DNA of 64,000 nucleotides, taken from Mizuhopecten yessoensis (taxonomy: Eukaryota). Below, one piece after another: positions 53,601 to 64,000 of the stretch (within the stretch, counting starts at the first letter, position 1; every line of letters starts with the position of its first letter). Made by a program: the position numbers and the translations under genes. The notes under the pieces are model-generated. The model made no database searches, was not told the DNA's origin, and saw only the letters and a list, made by a program, of their open reading frames with translations. The stretch covers positions 650,260 through 714,259 of the forward strand of contig NW_018408109.1 of the NCBI RefSeq assembly GCF_002113885.1. Direction: 5' to 3'.

Positions 53601-56600
53601 ATGTTATGTTGATTTTAGAAACGTAGTTTTTCACTTGTTTACCCTTTAATAGCTGCATGCACTACTCACCAACATGCTCCTGGCATGTTAATGTTCATGT
53701 AAAATCTTTATTCTTTCAACATTCTTGCAAGATCGCCTGTTCGATATTATGAAAACGAAGTTTTAATTATTTTCGTTCACATAATTACCCTATTATTGTG
53801 CCTGCAAACCATGTCAATACGACAAAAGCATCGTCTGGCTTTCACAGAAGCGGAACCAGACTGTACCAGGTTAACACCTGCCATCACAAAACCGCTTACA
53901 TATTTTATATACATAAAAACAGTTCAGTGGCGCGTGATACACCAATGTGACCCTCTTCGGTCACATGTCCTTAGCAGACATATTTCTCCCGGGGTTACAG
54001 CTACCTGACTTACTGAGGTGTGACGCCTTCAGAACTATCTGAAGAGGCACAACATGCATCAGATATGTTTATTTAAATATATTTGTACAGCGTACCAGGC
54101 TACTACCACTATTTCAGTTTTAAGGCTAAGCTTCTGTCCGATAACTTTTGACCTGCTCATTACTGTGTTTATAACATAAAACTTCACCATAAACAACCGC
54201 TGGTGTCAATAAAGTTAAAAGCGACTGCCGCTAATTGTCATTCCCAATTTATGGGTGCTAAAATATTGATAGGTTTTGTTCATGGTCACAGAGGGACCTG
54301 AAAAAAGACTTGGGGCCTGTTTATTTATGCGGAAGAACCGGTTCGTTTGTTTTCTAATGTAACATTTTGGTATAAATCCCGGCGAACATGCAAACGTTTA
54401 TTTACGCAGGCCTTGCAAGGCTTTGTCACGGCTCGCCTGATTACTGGGTCCAACCTTATTTCATAACCGAACAACTCTGGTGTAACCGGTTCAGCCGTTT
54501 GGATTGCGATAACCCGAAGCGGCATTGTAGACTATAAAAGCACATCTGCTGTTATTGGTTTAATGCAAATGAACTTCCGGTATGTCGACGTTTGTGGTTG
54601 AAAAGAAATACCGCCAATATACCTGTATGTATATCTGTATCGGGAATGATTCGGATGATTTACCGGTCATAACCAGGTCACACACTTGGTGAGTATTCGT
54701 CTCGAGTTCGGAGGTCCCGAGTTCTACCCTCTTCTGTTACATCGGTGCAAAATAACACCCCTGTTTCAAGTGCTGTGTGCACTGGGCAGAGAATGTTGCA
54801 ATAAGTATTTTGTTCGCGGGTTGAACACTTAGAAAGAAGATGAAATGTGTCGCGGGTTGAACACTCAGAGGGTGAATAAGTACATCTTTCATAGATATTT
54901 CCCGTGCTGTATGAAGTTCTCGTTTCGATTTTCCGTCTGGCCTATCGCATATTTCACGTTCTATTAAACACATACAGTAACGCTCTATTTTGCACGGTCT
55001 GGTTTAATACCTTATAAATATTAAAATCAGTCACGTTAACCTATTTTAGTATCAGATACAAATTCAAGCAAATATAGCAACACTTGTAATGTTGTACTGA
55101 CAGAAAGGATAATCAACTGACCGACTGATACATTCAGGGTTAATTCAGTTTGACATTTAAGTTCTTGGTGAAGTTAAGCATAGGGGAAAGTGACCGAATT
55201 AAATGTATCTTCAATTGGGTATATTATCAACACCATCACCTTTCACATCCTCCTTGCATGAAAGAAAAATAACACCAATCTTTTAACAACGCAATATTTA
55301 TCATTTTGCTGCTGCATTAAGACCCACAGATCTGTTATATTAACCCATAATCTAACATCGACTTTTTTGCCAATATATCAATTATTCTGCATAACTTATT
55401 CACCCCTACACATTTAAACTGGACTTGCCCAGTCTTTGATTTGATAAGGTTCAAATGTGACTTTAGGGCTTAATTGGTTAACACGTACTCGTTACGAAAC
55501 AATTAAGTTTCGATAACGAGTTCAACTTCCGCTCGCAGCCGTATCTGAATCAGTAAAACGCTTGATCTGCTACTGCAAGGTCTATGTATTGATCTCAAAA
55601 TGGGTAAATGGGATATTCGGAGTAAGAATAAAATGTACAGACGAGTTTTCCTGTTTGGCGTATATGTATGGAGATATCATCATGGTGATAGTACTACAAA
55701 TCAATAAATCTACTTAATATGACACAACTTGTGCGATCGTTCATGGGAGGACAGGAGTCAAGTCGACGTCCCTTACATAGCTATAGCACTAAACAGTCGA
55801 ATGTGGTTGAGAGGAAAATAGTCAAGAAAACGGATCCGATACTTGTTGGATGGTAAAACGGTCTTTTGTAAAATATCGTCTTCAAATTTGTAAAAACGTT
55901 TTGTACACCGGTTCAAATAGCATCAGTGAACTTTTTTCGTGTAACATTTCGATGATATCCTACTAATATCAACGAAACTTCAAACAAACAGTTCTCCGAT
56001 TGTGTTTCATGAACCTTTATAAAACGGTGCAGAGTTTCCTGGGGAAAATTGTCAAACTTTGAACATGCATACCGTACCCCTCCCTCTTCACAATAATTGA
56101 GGTTTGTGACTGGAAGCAAGAAGGTAGTTAATGTTTTGTGTAAAGATAGTTTACAGAAAATTTACAATGTGTATCTACCTGATGCCGTCCTGCGACGAAC
56201 AGTTGACGCTTGCCCCCCGGGACAGGAGAAGATGGGCGATGCCCCGGTGTCCGCTCACACAACTCTCGTGTAGAGGCGTGTAACCCGCGTTGTCTCGCAC
56301 ATTCACGTCTACACGACCAGATTGTACGCAATGGAGAGCAATCTCCTACAAAACAAACAAAAATGTCTTCAGTTCAAGTTCAATACAGCAATTGGTGAAA
56401 GTAATTTCTCTTGTTAAAATAATGCAGACGTCAAATTCGACTTCCTTAGATCTTGATAAAGTCGAAATAAGTTCGCGTTTTATTACTACGAATTAAAGGT
56501 TTAAGTTTAATTTCGCAAAGCATTCACAAAGTTTTCAAAACCTTTCAGTATTGTTTCATATCAAGTGTCAATCATAAGCTATATTAGTAACATTGACGGG

Positions 56601-59600
56601 ACAGGCGAAAATCAGTTCAACTAACCGTATGCCCCATCCGGGCCGCTCTGTGAAGAATGGTTTCCCCGGTATCACGACATACAGCAAGCTTCTTCACTTC
56701 CGGCGGAAGTGGGTATGACCCATCGTTCGAGGATTCGGCCTTGGCGTCAAAAGACGAAGCTTCCAAATGTTTATCGACGAAAGGAAGAGGACCATCCGCA
56801 GAATCAGTCACATTCCCGACGGCCACCAAATGACTCGGTTGTTCCTGGCATTGTAAAAATAATATTTCATTTTTTTTGTTATTAATATTATTTTGATTGC
56901 AGGATGCCATATCAACTTGACGATAACTGGAACGATTACCGTCTGATTACTGTTTAGTAGCATCCCATTATTATACCTCTAGTGAATTTCCTGTAATCTA
57001 ATTGTTCATTTCACTACCATATTCGCTTTAACATTGAGTGAATGGAAGGGTGCTTCCAACGAGCGATAGTGTCTGTATGGCAGTACAGTGTAGTGAATGC
57101 GCAAAGATGTACGTACGGTTCGTTCCAGCCGCCATGTTTGTCTTTCGGTATGATAAAATACGAAGCGAAGCTTCGCGTGACAGTGATACCCTCGGGGCGA
57201 CCCTAGACACTGTCGCTTTCTTATGAATGTAGTATTCATATATTGTTACATATCACAACGAACTGTTTGACAAGAAAAGATTGTAGCGAACCCTTAAATA
57301 CCCGGAATCCACTGAATATTGTCAAGACAGACGAAGATGACTCACGAGAATTTTCCATTTTCTTATGCATATTCCGTCGTCAAAATCGAAAAGTTCGGCT
57401 TCACAACTACCCTAGAATATGTCAATGACGAAATCTAGAGCTGTTTACGCGTCACCATGCGGATGATAAGAGTTAACTATAGTCCGATGTCTTTGACGAA
57501 AATTAGAGGAATCGCACGACAGCGCAACGGTAAAATCGACAAGCTTTGTAGTTTTGTGTTGCTCTGTGATCATTTAAGGAAAGATATCTTGTGATTTGAC
57601 ATATTTTTAAATAAAACCAATTAAATAGTTTACCGCGAGCCTTCGATATCGTTATATCAAATTGGTGTAAAGAAGACACGTTTATTGAGTGAGATGCTTG
57701 GATTGCGAGGATGACACATTCAGGATTGTATTTTTAAATCATTTACAACACTTTATAATTAGGAACACAAATATATTTGCGGTTCATTAAATCCGGAACA
57801 TATGTCCAATTTATCCTGCAACCTTCCAAGACTCAATAAATTTATGCATCAATCAATTTAATATTTTGTTGACTTCCTGCTATATTACCCACCTGTTGCT
57901 CTGTGCTGTGCTGTCGGCGTTGATCGTTCAATTTCCGCCTTGCTGCCTGTCCTCTGCGCCTTGCACCCTCGAGCTTATTATCGAGTTCAAGGCGTTTTGA
58001 GCGAGCGCCGTTGGCGTCCCTGAGCGTGGTGGTTCGAAGTTGGTACCCACCGCGTCTTGGACTATGTCTGCACCCAAACCGTAGGTGTTTCGGTTTGAAC
58101 AGGAGTGTCATCATCAGACCCCCTTTACTCTTTCCGCTTCGGAGAGTTTGTCTTAACGCCGAACTGGTGTCCCCGATTTCCCACATCCCGGAATGGTCCG
58201 TCTCCGATTCCTTATTTCCATTTTCCCCGGCAACCTTCCCAGATTCAGAAGAATCCTTGTTCGTAGCGGCCTCCTCTGTAGACAAACGTCTCTCTTGAGC
58301 CAACTTCTCTTGCTTTTCACTCATTCGACGGCAAATCCGCCGCGCTGTTTGGCGCAAACGCTCCCGTCGCTTGAGCGCCTTCCGACATTCTTCGCGCGTG
58401 AGTTCTCGATCATAAGCTGCATTACGGTCGTAAGTCGGCTTCTTACCTGAAATAATTCAACACATCGAGAATAAGTTACTGTACAGTTGGCTGGAAGGTT
58501 AATTGTAATCGAACGCACAGCATCGATAATAGATTATGTATATTGAATGGTGAATTTGGTTTTAACATGGAAATTTCAAGGAAGAAACTTTTTTTAATAT
58601 TTCAGGCTATAATAAAAATCATTCTCTGAATAATGAATAAAGATGTCGCTGTTTGGATGATCAAAGCGACTTGTGTTTGAACGAACAAAATAGAACGGGA
58701 AGGGACAAACGATGATTGTGCCGGAACTAACAACAAGATTCCCGTTCTGACATGTTTTTCTGTACATGGTGTCATGCTAATCAGAAACCCCCTGACGTAT
58801 TTTACATAGATAGCTTGACTAAAAGATTACCACATACCCGCTGCCTGGGTTCGAGTTCGGGGTTCAAGCACCTTTGGTTTGAAATCAATGAAACCCTTGG
58901 GTTTGGCGATCTTCTTTTTCTTCTTTCTCCTCCCGATCCATTTCTGTCTTCCTGTAATCAGAGTTTAAGCAGCATACTAATGAATTGTGTTTTAGCTTTC
59001 ATGAGCACTAGATATTAGATACTATGATACTTTATAAGACTTGAAAGTTTTTCAAGAAGGTGTGGTGCCTTATGTTTTACACACGAATTCCATGAATAGA
59101 AATATCAGAAATTTAAATAAAAGAGTTCCTATAGAATAGAAATATCAGAAATTTGAATAAAAGAGTTCCTATCTAGTCTAGCTGGTATTGTGTATCAGAT
59201 GCGTATTTTACACATGTAAGTCGCTTGAGTGATCGATTTAAAGCATATTCACTGTGTTATTTGAAGTGGAGTGCAACCCGTCACATTGACAAATATGACA
59301 CTCGTCTCAGATATAGGCCTAACGTCTATATTCCGGAAAACCATCTTACGGGCGGTTATAATCAAGAGTAATTAACATTACTTAATCGGAACATAAATAT
59401 AATATAAAATCCCGAACATAAATGTAAATTACACGAAGTTTATTACCAGGAACTTTTATATTCCGGAAAACCAGCTAACGGGCGGTAACAATCCATAGCG
59501 TTAACATTACTTAATCCTGAACATGAATACGATTTGCAGACATTATAATCCGGAAAAAGACGTTAATAAAAATAAATGTACACGTGACGTTTATAACTAG

Positions 59601-61190
59601 GAACACGAACGTAATTTACGGAACGAGAAAATATGGAACTAAAAAATATCTTTTACGGGACATACTAATCGGGGGGAAAAAACGTAGTTCACAGGACGTT
59701 AAAATCCGGAACATAAATCGAGGGAAATTATAATCTGGAAAGCAAATGTTATTGACGGTATATCGTAATACGGAACATAATCAATATCTTATAATTAACG
59801 AGACACTATATACAAGAACACAAACATAATTTACGAGACATTTCACTTTCCTCAATCCAAAATATAATCGTTATTCATGCTTGACTTTAACTTAATACCA
59901 GCACTGACTTCACTACTTATGCATAATGTCTCCTAAAATTCATTGCGACAATGAGAGAGTCAATGTCCATGGAAAACACCTTATTTCCATGAGAAACTAA
60001 ACTATTTAACTCCATTTTAATATCTCTGATGTTTGCATTTCAAACTAGTTTTCAGGGTTTCTAATGATCTATTTGATTCAGTTCATGAAGATTTAAAAAA
60101 AAAGCAAGCGAATACATGTTATAAAATGCTTTTGTGGTGTTAACGACATGAATGACGTCATCGTAAGACGCTTCATTTCCCGTTTTTAAAGGGCCTACTT
60201 GTTTACATCGTAATTTGAGCAGCAATTACACGTCTCGTCGCCTCTCTGACATTTTAATGGTATGTAAATTATGTGCATTGCCTACATAGAACCGCTCGCG
60301 TGACGAATGATATCAGATTGTAGAACGCTATTGTCAGACGGAGCCATTACGTCTATATTTGTATTACGAGGTTGACTCTATGTGGCAACATGTATTTGCA
60401 TGTCTGACGGAACAGATAAGATATATGAAACGTGTTATTATATTTTTTACCTTACTTAAGGACGCCCGTACCACTGCCAAAAACTCTAACTATGCATTAG
60501 AAACTGATCAATGATCAATGTTCAATTTTCAATTTGAAAAGAAAACCACACCGTGCGAAACTTTCATGAAAAATAATAATAAAGATGACATCAATAGTGT
60601 AAAAATGCAGTGAAGTCGCGCCAGGATTCGAACCTTAGACATCAGATTAAACTGTCGCTCTATCTAACTAAGTAACCTGGTCAACGGAATCATCCTGACC
60701 CAGTCGCGGAAGTTATTAAGGGGAATGGCAACAAATGATTCACCCGTTGGCAGTATCATGTGACCGGGCGGAATACTGTGCTTGGTGCCTTTGGCATGGC
60801 ACTTCAGTGAGATAGCACAATAATGTCGGCATCATATTCGCGCTATCGCAAGCAGGCAAGCACATCAACATACCCTCTCTCCTGCATACACACACACACG
60901 CACGCATACACTCACTATCACTATACACACACGGAGGCACGTCCTTAAATAACCTTAGCTGTTATTAGGACGTTAAACAAAATTAAACCAAACCTATATT
61001 CAAAATGAAATCAAGGGAAAACAGTAAGTAGGTACGAAGACGTAGAGTGGAGTTCTCTTGTGTTTTGCTTGCATTGGGACAGGTACAAATTGTATCCTTA
61101 ATCTGTTTACTTCGTCTACTTACCAAGTAAACGGTCTGTCCTGCTCATGCGCTGTTTAGTTCCTCTAGCTTTCCTTCTTATCTCGTCAGC
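29044..61190 (-). CDS. BCOR: BCL6 corepressor (BCOR/BCORL1)-like gene, spliced; exons 61124-61190, 58838-58951, 57893-58446, 56626-56844, 56179-56345, 44957-45102, 43443-43514, 37140-37284, 29044-29698; 5' end not resolved
   Basis: Manual splicing gives one continuous frame with canonical GT-AG introns and compatible phases. The translation ...[131 protein letters not shown]... matches, from memory, the BCOR ankyrin region ([55 protein letters not shown]) and is followed by a PUFD-like start. Confidence 0.88.
29858..30092 (+). mobile_element. tRNA-derived SINE with V-domain-like core; related copy at ~62010-62235
   Basis: B-box ggttcgattcccc, gtgaaaaga.atgggg, ggttttctccgggtactccg, A-rich tail. 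Confidence 0.75.
30680..31355. repeat. Degenerate ~39-bp tandem repeat
   Basis: Recurring cggacggaccactagttgtaccacgcgtacgct and variants. Confidence 0.8.
33300..34191 (+). mobile_element. HINE-type element, third family, with ~4-5 diverged ~150-160-bp units, inside the last BCOR-like intron
   Basis: Head acaagagatccaagagggatcttggcgctcacc; recurring gagaaagatc and gcacaac; ggacggac plus hairpin agcccaccatc…ggtggtgggct. Confidence 0.75.
34593..36326. repeat. 102-bp tandem satellite, 17 copies
   Basis: ctatggccattaat…ggatataggatcgtgggttatacaagc…catttgatgaaactaaa at an exact 102-bp period (34593, 34695 … 36225). Confidence 0.97.
36495..36665 (-). mobile_element. SINE fragment (V-domain-like)
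   Basis: gccggagtacccggagaaaaccacc is the reverse complement of the core seen at ~29968; T-rich tail upstream on the + strand. Confidence 0.6.
37140..37284 (-). CDS. BCOR: BCOR-like exon, linker and PUFD-like start ([49 protein letters not shown])
   Basis: Acceptor ttggtttcag, donor gtaagt, phase 1/2; joins in frame to the terminal exon. Confidence 0.8.
40691..41600. repeat. Mosaic minisatellite of 52-bp (A) and 70-bp (B) units sharing a common head
   Basis: Head gacaatgcaccatctta; order A B B A B A B A×7 B. Confidence 0.9.
41727..42090. repeat. 19-bp minisatellite
   Basis: (aatctgactggggaatcac)n, about 18 copies. Confidence 0.95.
42181..42717. mobile_element. ~540-bp MITE-like element with degenerate TIRs
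   Basis: tatgctgaccaaattgtaccatttcg versus the reverse complement of cgaaatggcacaattcagccaccgta. Confidence 0.55.
43443..43514 (-). CDS. BCOR: BCOR-like exon ([24 protein letters not shown])
   Basis: Acceptor ttttatttag, donor gtacat, 72 nt, phase 1/1; resembles the post-ankyrin YLxDLQG segment. Confidence 0.8.
44957..45102 (-). CDS. BCOR: BCOR-like exon, ankyrin repeat 3 ([49 protein letters not shown])
   Basis: Acceptor gatttcag, donor gtaaat, 146 nt; completes the split Arg codon (AG|A). Absent from the ORF track. Confidence 0.92.
46330..46722 (+). mobile_element. Possible short HINE-type element spanning the second gap
   Basis: ggaccccgc … accttgacctt … ggacggacggacac … gcggggccctaa architecture. 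Confidence 0.4.
46945..47022. repeat. 20-bp tandem repeat, 4 copies
   Basis: (tgatttatcaaagccatacc)4. Confidence 0.9.
48587..49430. repeat. 37-bp minisatellite (~22 copies) rich in CACGTG
   Basis: Unit tcagtctcatttacctgtcacgtcacgtgactcaaca. Confidence 0.93.
50005..50760. repeat. Degenerate A/C-rich tandem repeat
   Basis: Recurring aaccggaa(a)cc…caaccagac; exact local duplications at 50005-50072 and ~50321-50425. Confidence 0.7.
52290..52730. repeat. Degenerate ~17-bp repeat
   Basis: (acacaatacaccggtat)n variants. Confidence 0.85.
52759..52985. repeat. Dispersed repeat; second copy at ~54312-54512
   Basis: ggggcctgttt.tttat.cggaa…aatgtaacatttt…tataaatcc…gcaaacgtt…aggccttgcaa…ggctcgcctga… shared by both sites. 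Confidence 0.75.
56179..56345 (-). CDS. BCOR: BCOR-like exon, ankyrin repeat 2 ([55 protein letters not shown])
   Basis: Acceptor ttttgtag, donor gtagat, 167 nt. This frame is absent from the ORF track. Canonical GYTPLH ankyrin motif. Confidence 0.92.
56626..56844 (-). CDS. BCOR: BCOR-like exon, start of ankyrin repeat 1 (…[29 protein letters not shown])
   Basis: Acceptor ttttacaatgccag, donor gttagt, 219 nt, phase 0/0; ankyrin motif GETxLHxAA. Confidence 0.88.
57893..58446 (-). CDS. BCOR: BCOR-like exon ([36 protein letters not shown]...STEQQ)
   Basis: Acceptor ttatttcag, donor gtgggt, 554 nt open, GC-richer coding-like composition; overlaps ORF 57842..58357. Confidence 0.8.
58838..58951 (-). 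CDS. BCOR: BCOR-like exon, basic/NLS-like ([37 protein letters not shown])
   Basis: Acceptor gattacag, donor gtatgt, 114 nt, phase 1/1, joins in frame to the exon starting at 58446. Confidence 0.72.
60745..60995 (+). mobile_element. 5'-truncated SINE body and tail (Meta-domain-like)
   Basis: cagtatcatgtgacc…ttcagtgagatagcac…(ca)n…gtccttaaataaccttagctgttattaggacgttaaacaaaattaaaccaaacc. Confidence 0.6.
61124..61190 (-). CDS. BCOR: BCOR-like gene, putative upstream exon ([23 protein letters not shown])
   Basis: Acceptor tttgttttgctag, donor gtaagt, open 67-nt frame ending in phase 1, compatible with the next exon. No recognised homology. Confidence 0.55.
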
Positions 61191-64000
61191 CTAGCAAAAC
61201 AAATATATGACATTAGTGAAAACTCGTTGACTTGTTTTCGAGTCGGTGACTTGTTTTCGACTTGGGGATTTGTGTTTGACTCTATGACTTGCTTTTTAAG
61301 TCAAAGAAATGTTTGAGCCGATAACTTTTTGACTCGAGGACCCGCTATTCAGTCGAATTGTTTTTGACTCGATGACTTGCTTTTTACTTAATGTCCTTTT
61401 TTAGCCGAGAAACTGTTTTCGATTCGAGCTGTTTGTTAGTGTTAGAACTGTTTTAAACAGTGTGTACTATACAAGTACCACGAGTTTATTATCATAACAT
61501 TACTATTCGCAACAGCAAATGTCAAATAAACGTATCTACAAACGATGGCGTCATTCGAAGCCCCGCCATAATGAAATGTCGAAAGTTTGTCTCGAAACTA
61601 GGAAATTTTATCCGGTCAGAAATATATGGACAACGGTCTCATATTCCGTCAGTGGACCGTGTTAATATATTTATAAATGGTACTACGGCAGCGTGCGTGT
61701 CCCGTAATTGTGTATATCAGATGTGGTGTGTCATTACAAAGTGTAGAGGGGGCAACCAACCCATAGAAAATCATTATACATTTAAATCACATCATAAACT
61801 TGAGAGTAAACAAGATATTTAGACTTCCTCGTCGGAATTCACACGATAAGTTTAAAAAGTCATGACAGCTGTTACGTATACGGCCCCACCTGAAATCCTA
61901 CACTGGGTTCAGTGTGATTATGCAACATGTTTCATACATACAGCACAGACAATATCACCCGTGTTATGCTCTGTTGCAGAACATGAATGATCCCTAACTA
62001 ACTGGAAGGGTTGGGTGGCATAGCGGATAACGTCATCGCCTTTCAACAAGACGGCCGTGGTTCGATTCCCCGGTCGGACGTGAAAAGAAATGGGGTTACC
62101 TGCCCGACCACGCGAGTCGTCTGCGGGTTACTCAGGTTTCCTACCACACTAGACCGCGTGTGCATGCCAACAACAGTGTTTAGTATACGTTATAAAACTC
62201 CTTTCATTATTGTTGTTAAATAAACAAAGTTAATGTTTTTATGTTTCATGTATGTAGTACCATATACAACGAACCAGAACTAAAACAAATTGGAGATAAA
62301 TAAACATCAAATATTTCCATTGAATCGTGTTTGGATCAATAGCCAATTTATGACAGTTAAGGTAATATTCAAGAGCAGACGACAGTTTATTTGCAAAAAA
62401 AAAATAAAGAATGAATAACAAAACATCTGCAATTTCCCGCAAATTTCGATTACAACTAGTCACTCCAGCAGCAACGCAATCATAACGTTATCAAATTTCG
62501 ATTGAAGTCAGAAATTTCCCAGGTTTTTCATCGATCAATATTTCATCCTGACAGAATGCTGCAATCTGGTAACATTAAAATGGCAACAGATGGGTATAGT
62601 TAGACACATCGTGTACGTATATATGTGCAATATGTATGGACTGAAATACATCTCACATTTACGAACCCCGGCTGCTTACAAACATTATACGTTGACAACA
62701 TCATGGACAATTATATTTCATCATTCTTTGTGTTTTTTTGTTTTTTTTGTTATTCATGGTACAAATTAAACAAACTGTTATAAACAAATAATGAACAGAC
62801 ATTTCTTGTGGGAACAATGTCGTGTTTTTATGGTTACCATTTCCGTCATTCGATGCACTTTGCTCGGAAACCTTTCGGGTGTTTCCGTCAGTTTGATGGA
62901 CCGATTACACTAACAGCTGGACGGAAGACACGAATATTTTCCGTTAAAGGTTTATTCATACCGGCGACAGGGAAATGTTTAGTTAAATATTCATGTATTG
63001 TTATTCCAAAAATGTTTATTCATTTCTCATAAATAGATATCACCCAATTTACATTTTTATGTCAATTTGATATTTCTGGGACGTGGTTCCACTATAAGTA
63101 GAAAGCGAAATAATCTTTGGATCACGTAGGCCCTGGAACAGGTGTAACTTTGCTCTGAAAAGGCCACTTTGGTATACTTATGTTTGGTAATATTTTGGAG
63201 ATAAACGATAAATATAAGCAGAAAATTACGTAGTTCTAATAGGACCCAAGGGAGGTCCTGGTCAAATTTCCCCTCAAAACTAGCTTTTGTTTTGGAAAAA
63301 AAATCTAAATATAGTATCCAAATAGACAGCGTCGCACGTGCGGCACGTAAAATAAGGTACTTACGCTTTTGAAATTATTTCTAACCTTGAACTGCCCGTG
63401 TAACCAAAACCAACGTATGTAACCGATGTATACAGTTGAATTGACATAAAAGTGTATCATGTCGTGAAAATTGCATACATAAATAGACTTTTTTTAAGCT
63501 GCATGCCAACTCCTTGGTCCGCTTTTCTACAATCGACTCCTTTGGGAACAGAGACGTTAATTGGCAAAGAGGACATTGTCTAAGGAAGTTTGATTTCATA
63601 AGCTGAATTTAGTGTTTATATTATATCTATACATTTTACTAGTCCCAACAATTTCATATTTCGTCAGTTATTCTGATATACCTACATAATACATCATTTA
63701 GCAACTAGTCCTCTGTCAATGCTGGTATCATTACGACATCACTTTGCCAAATTATTGAAACTGTAATTGTACATCATGTAAAAGTCACTGAAGTTGGTAC
63801 TGGTATGTAAATGATATCGATTTCCATCTATGTATATATATGGGTTTTATCATGTTTAAATATTATTGTAAATAGCATGATGCCCATTGCATTATTGATG
63901 CAATTATATAATTGTTTAATGGAAGAGGATGTTTTGAAGTTGTAATAACTTGTGTCCAATTCCTTTTGAATTGTTCAAATAAAATATGTTTAAACTAGAC

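Noticed and set aside
63365-63600. Possible further upstream BCOR-like exon ending at a gtaagt donor
   Set aside because: The phase-compatible frame gives an unconvincing peptide with a nearby upstream stop and no clear acceptor; left unresolved.

Overview
AT-rich, intron-rich eukaryotic DNA with two N-gaps. The repeat families (Helentron-type HINE elements, tRNA-headed SINEs, small MITEs) point to a mollusc, probably a bivalve; the taxon is inference. The one convincing protein-coding gene is a minus-strand, multi-exon BCOR/BCORL1-like gene that the ORF track only partly captures. I reconstructed nine exons between 61190 and 29044 with GT-AG boundaries and matching phases. They encode a basic N-terminal region, three BCOR-type ankyrin repeats, and a PUFD-like start that runs into a long divergent tail; the 5' end is not resolved. 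The rest is repeat landscape: a near-perfect 30-bp minisatellite (about 95 copies) next to a 40-bp array of SINE-tail sequence, a decayed Penelope-like RT fragment, a roughly 400-bp TRIM-like element with a tRNA-like segment in each LTR, several HINE elements with ~145-bp internal arrays, many hairpin MITEs and several intronic minisatellites. I see no CRISPR array, operon or intact transposase. I cannot support a wholly new biological system. The best leads are the divergent BCOR C-terminus, a recursive-splice-like AG|GTAAG junction, the tRNA-LTR mini-retroelement and the SINE-seeded satellites.
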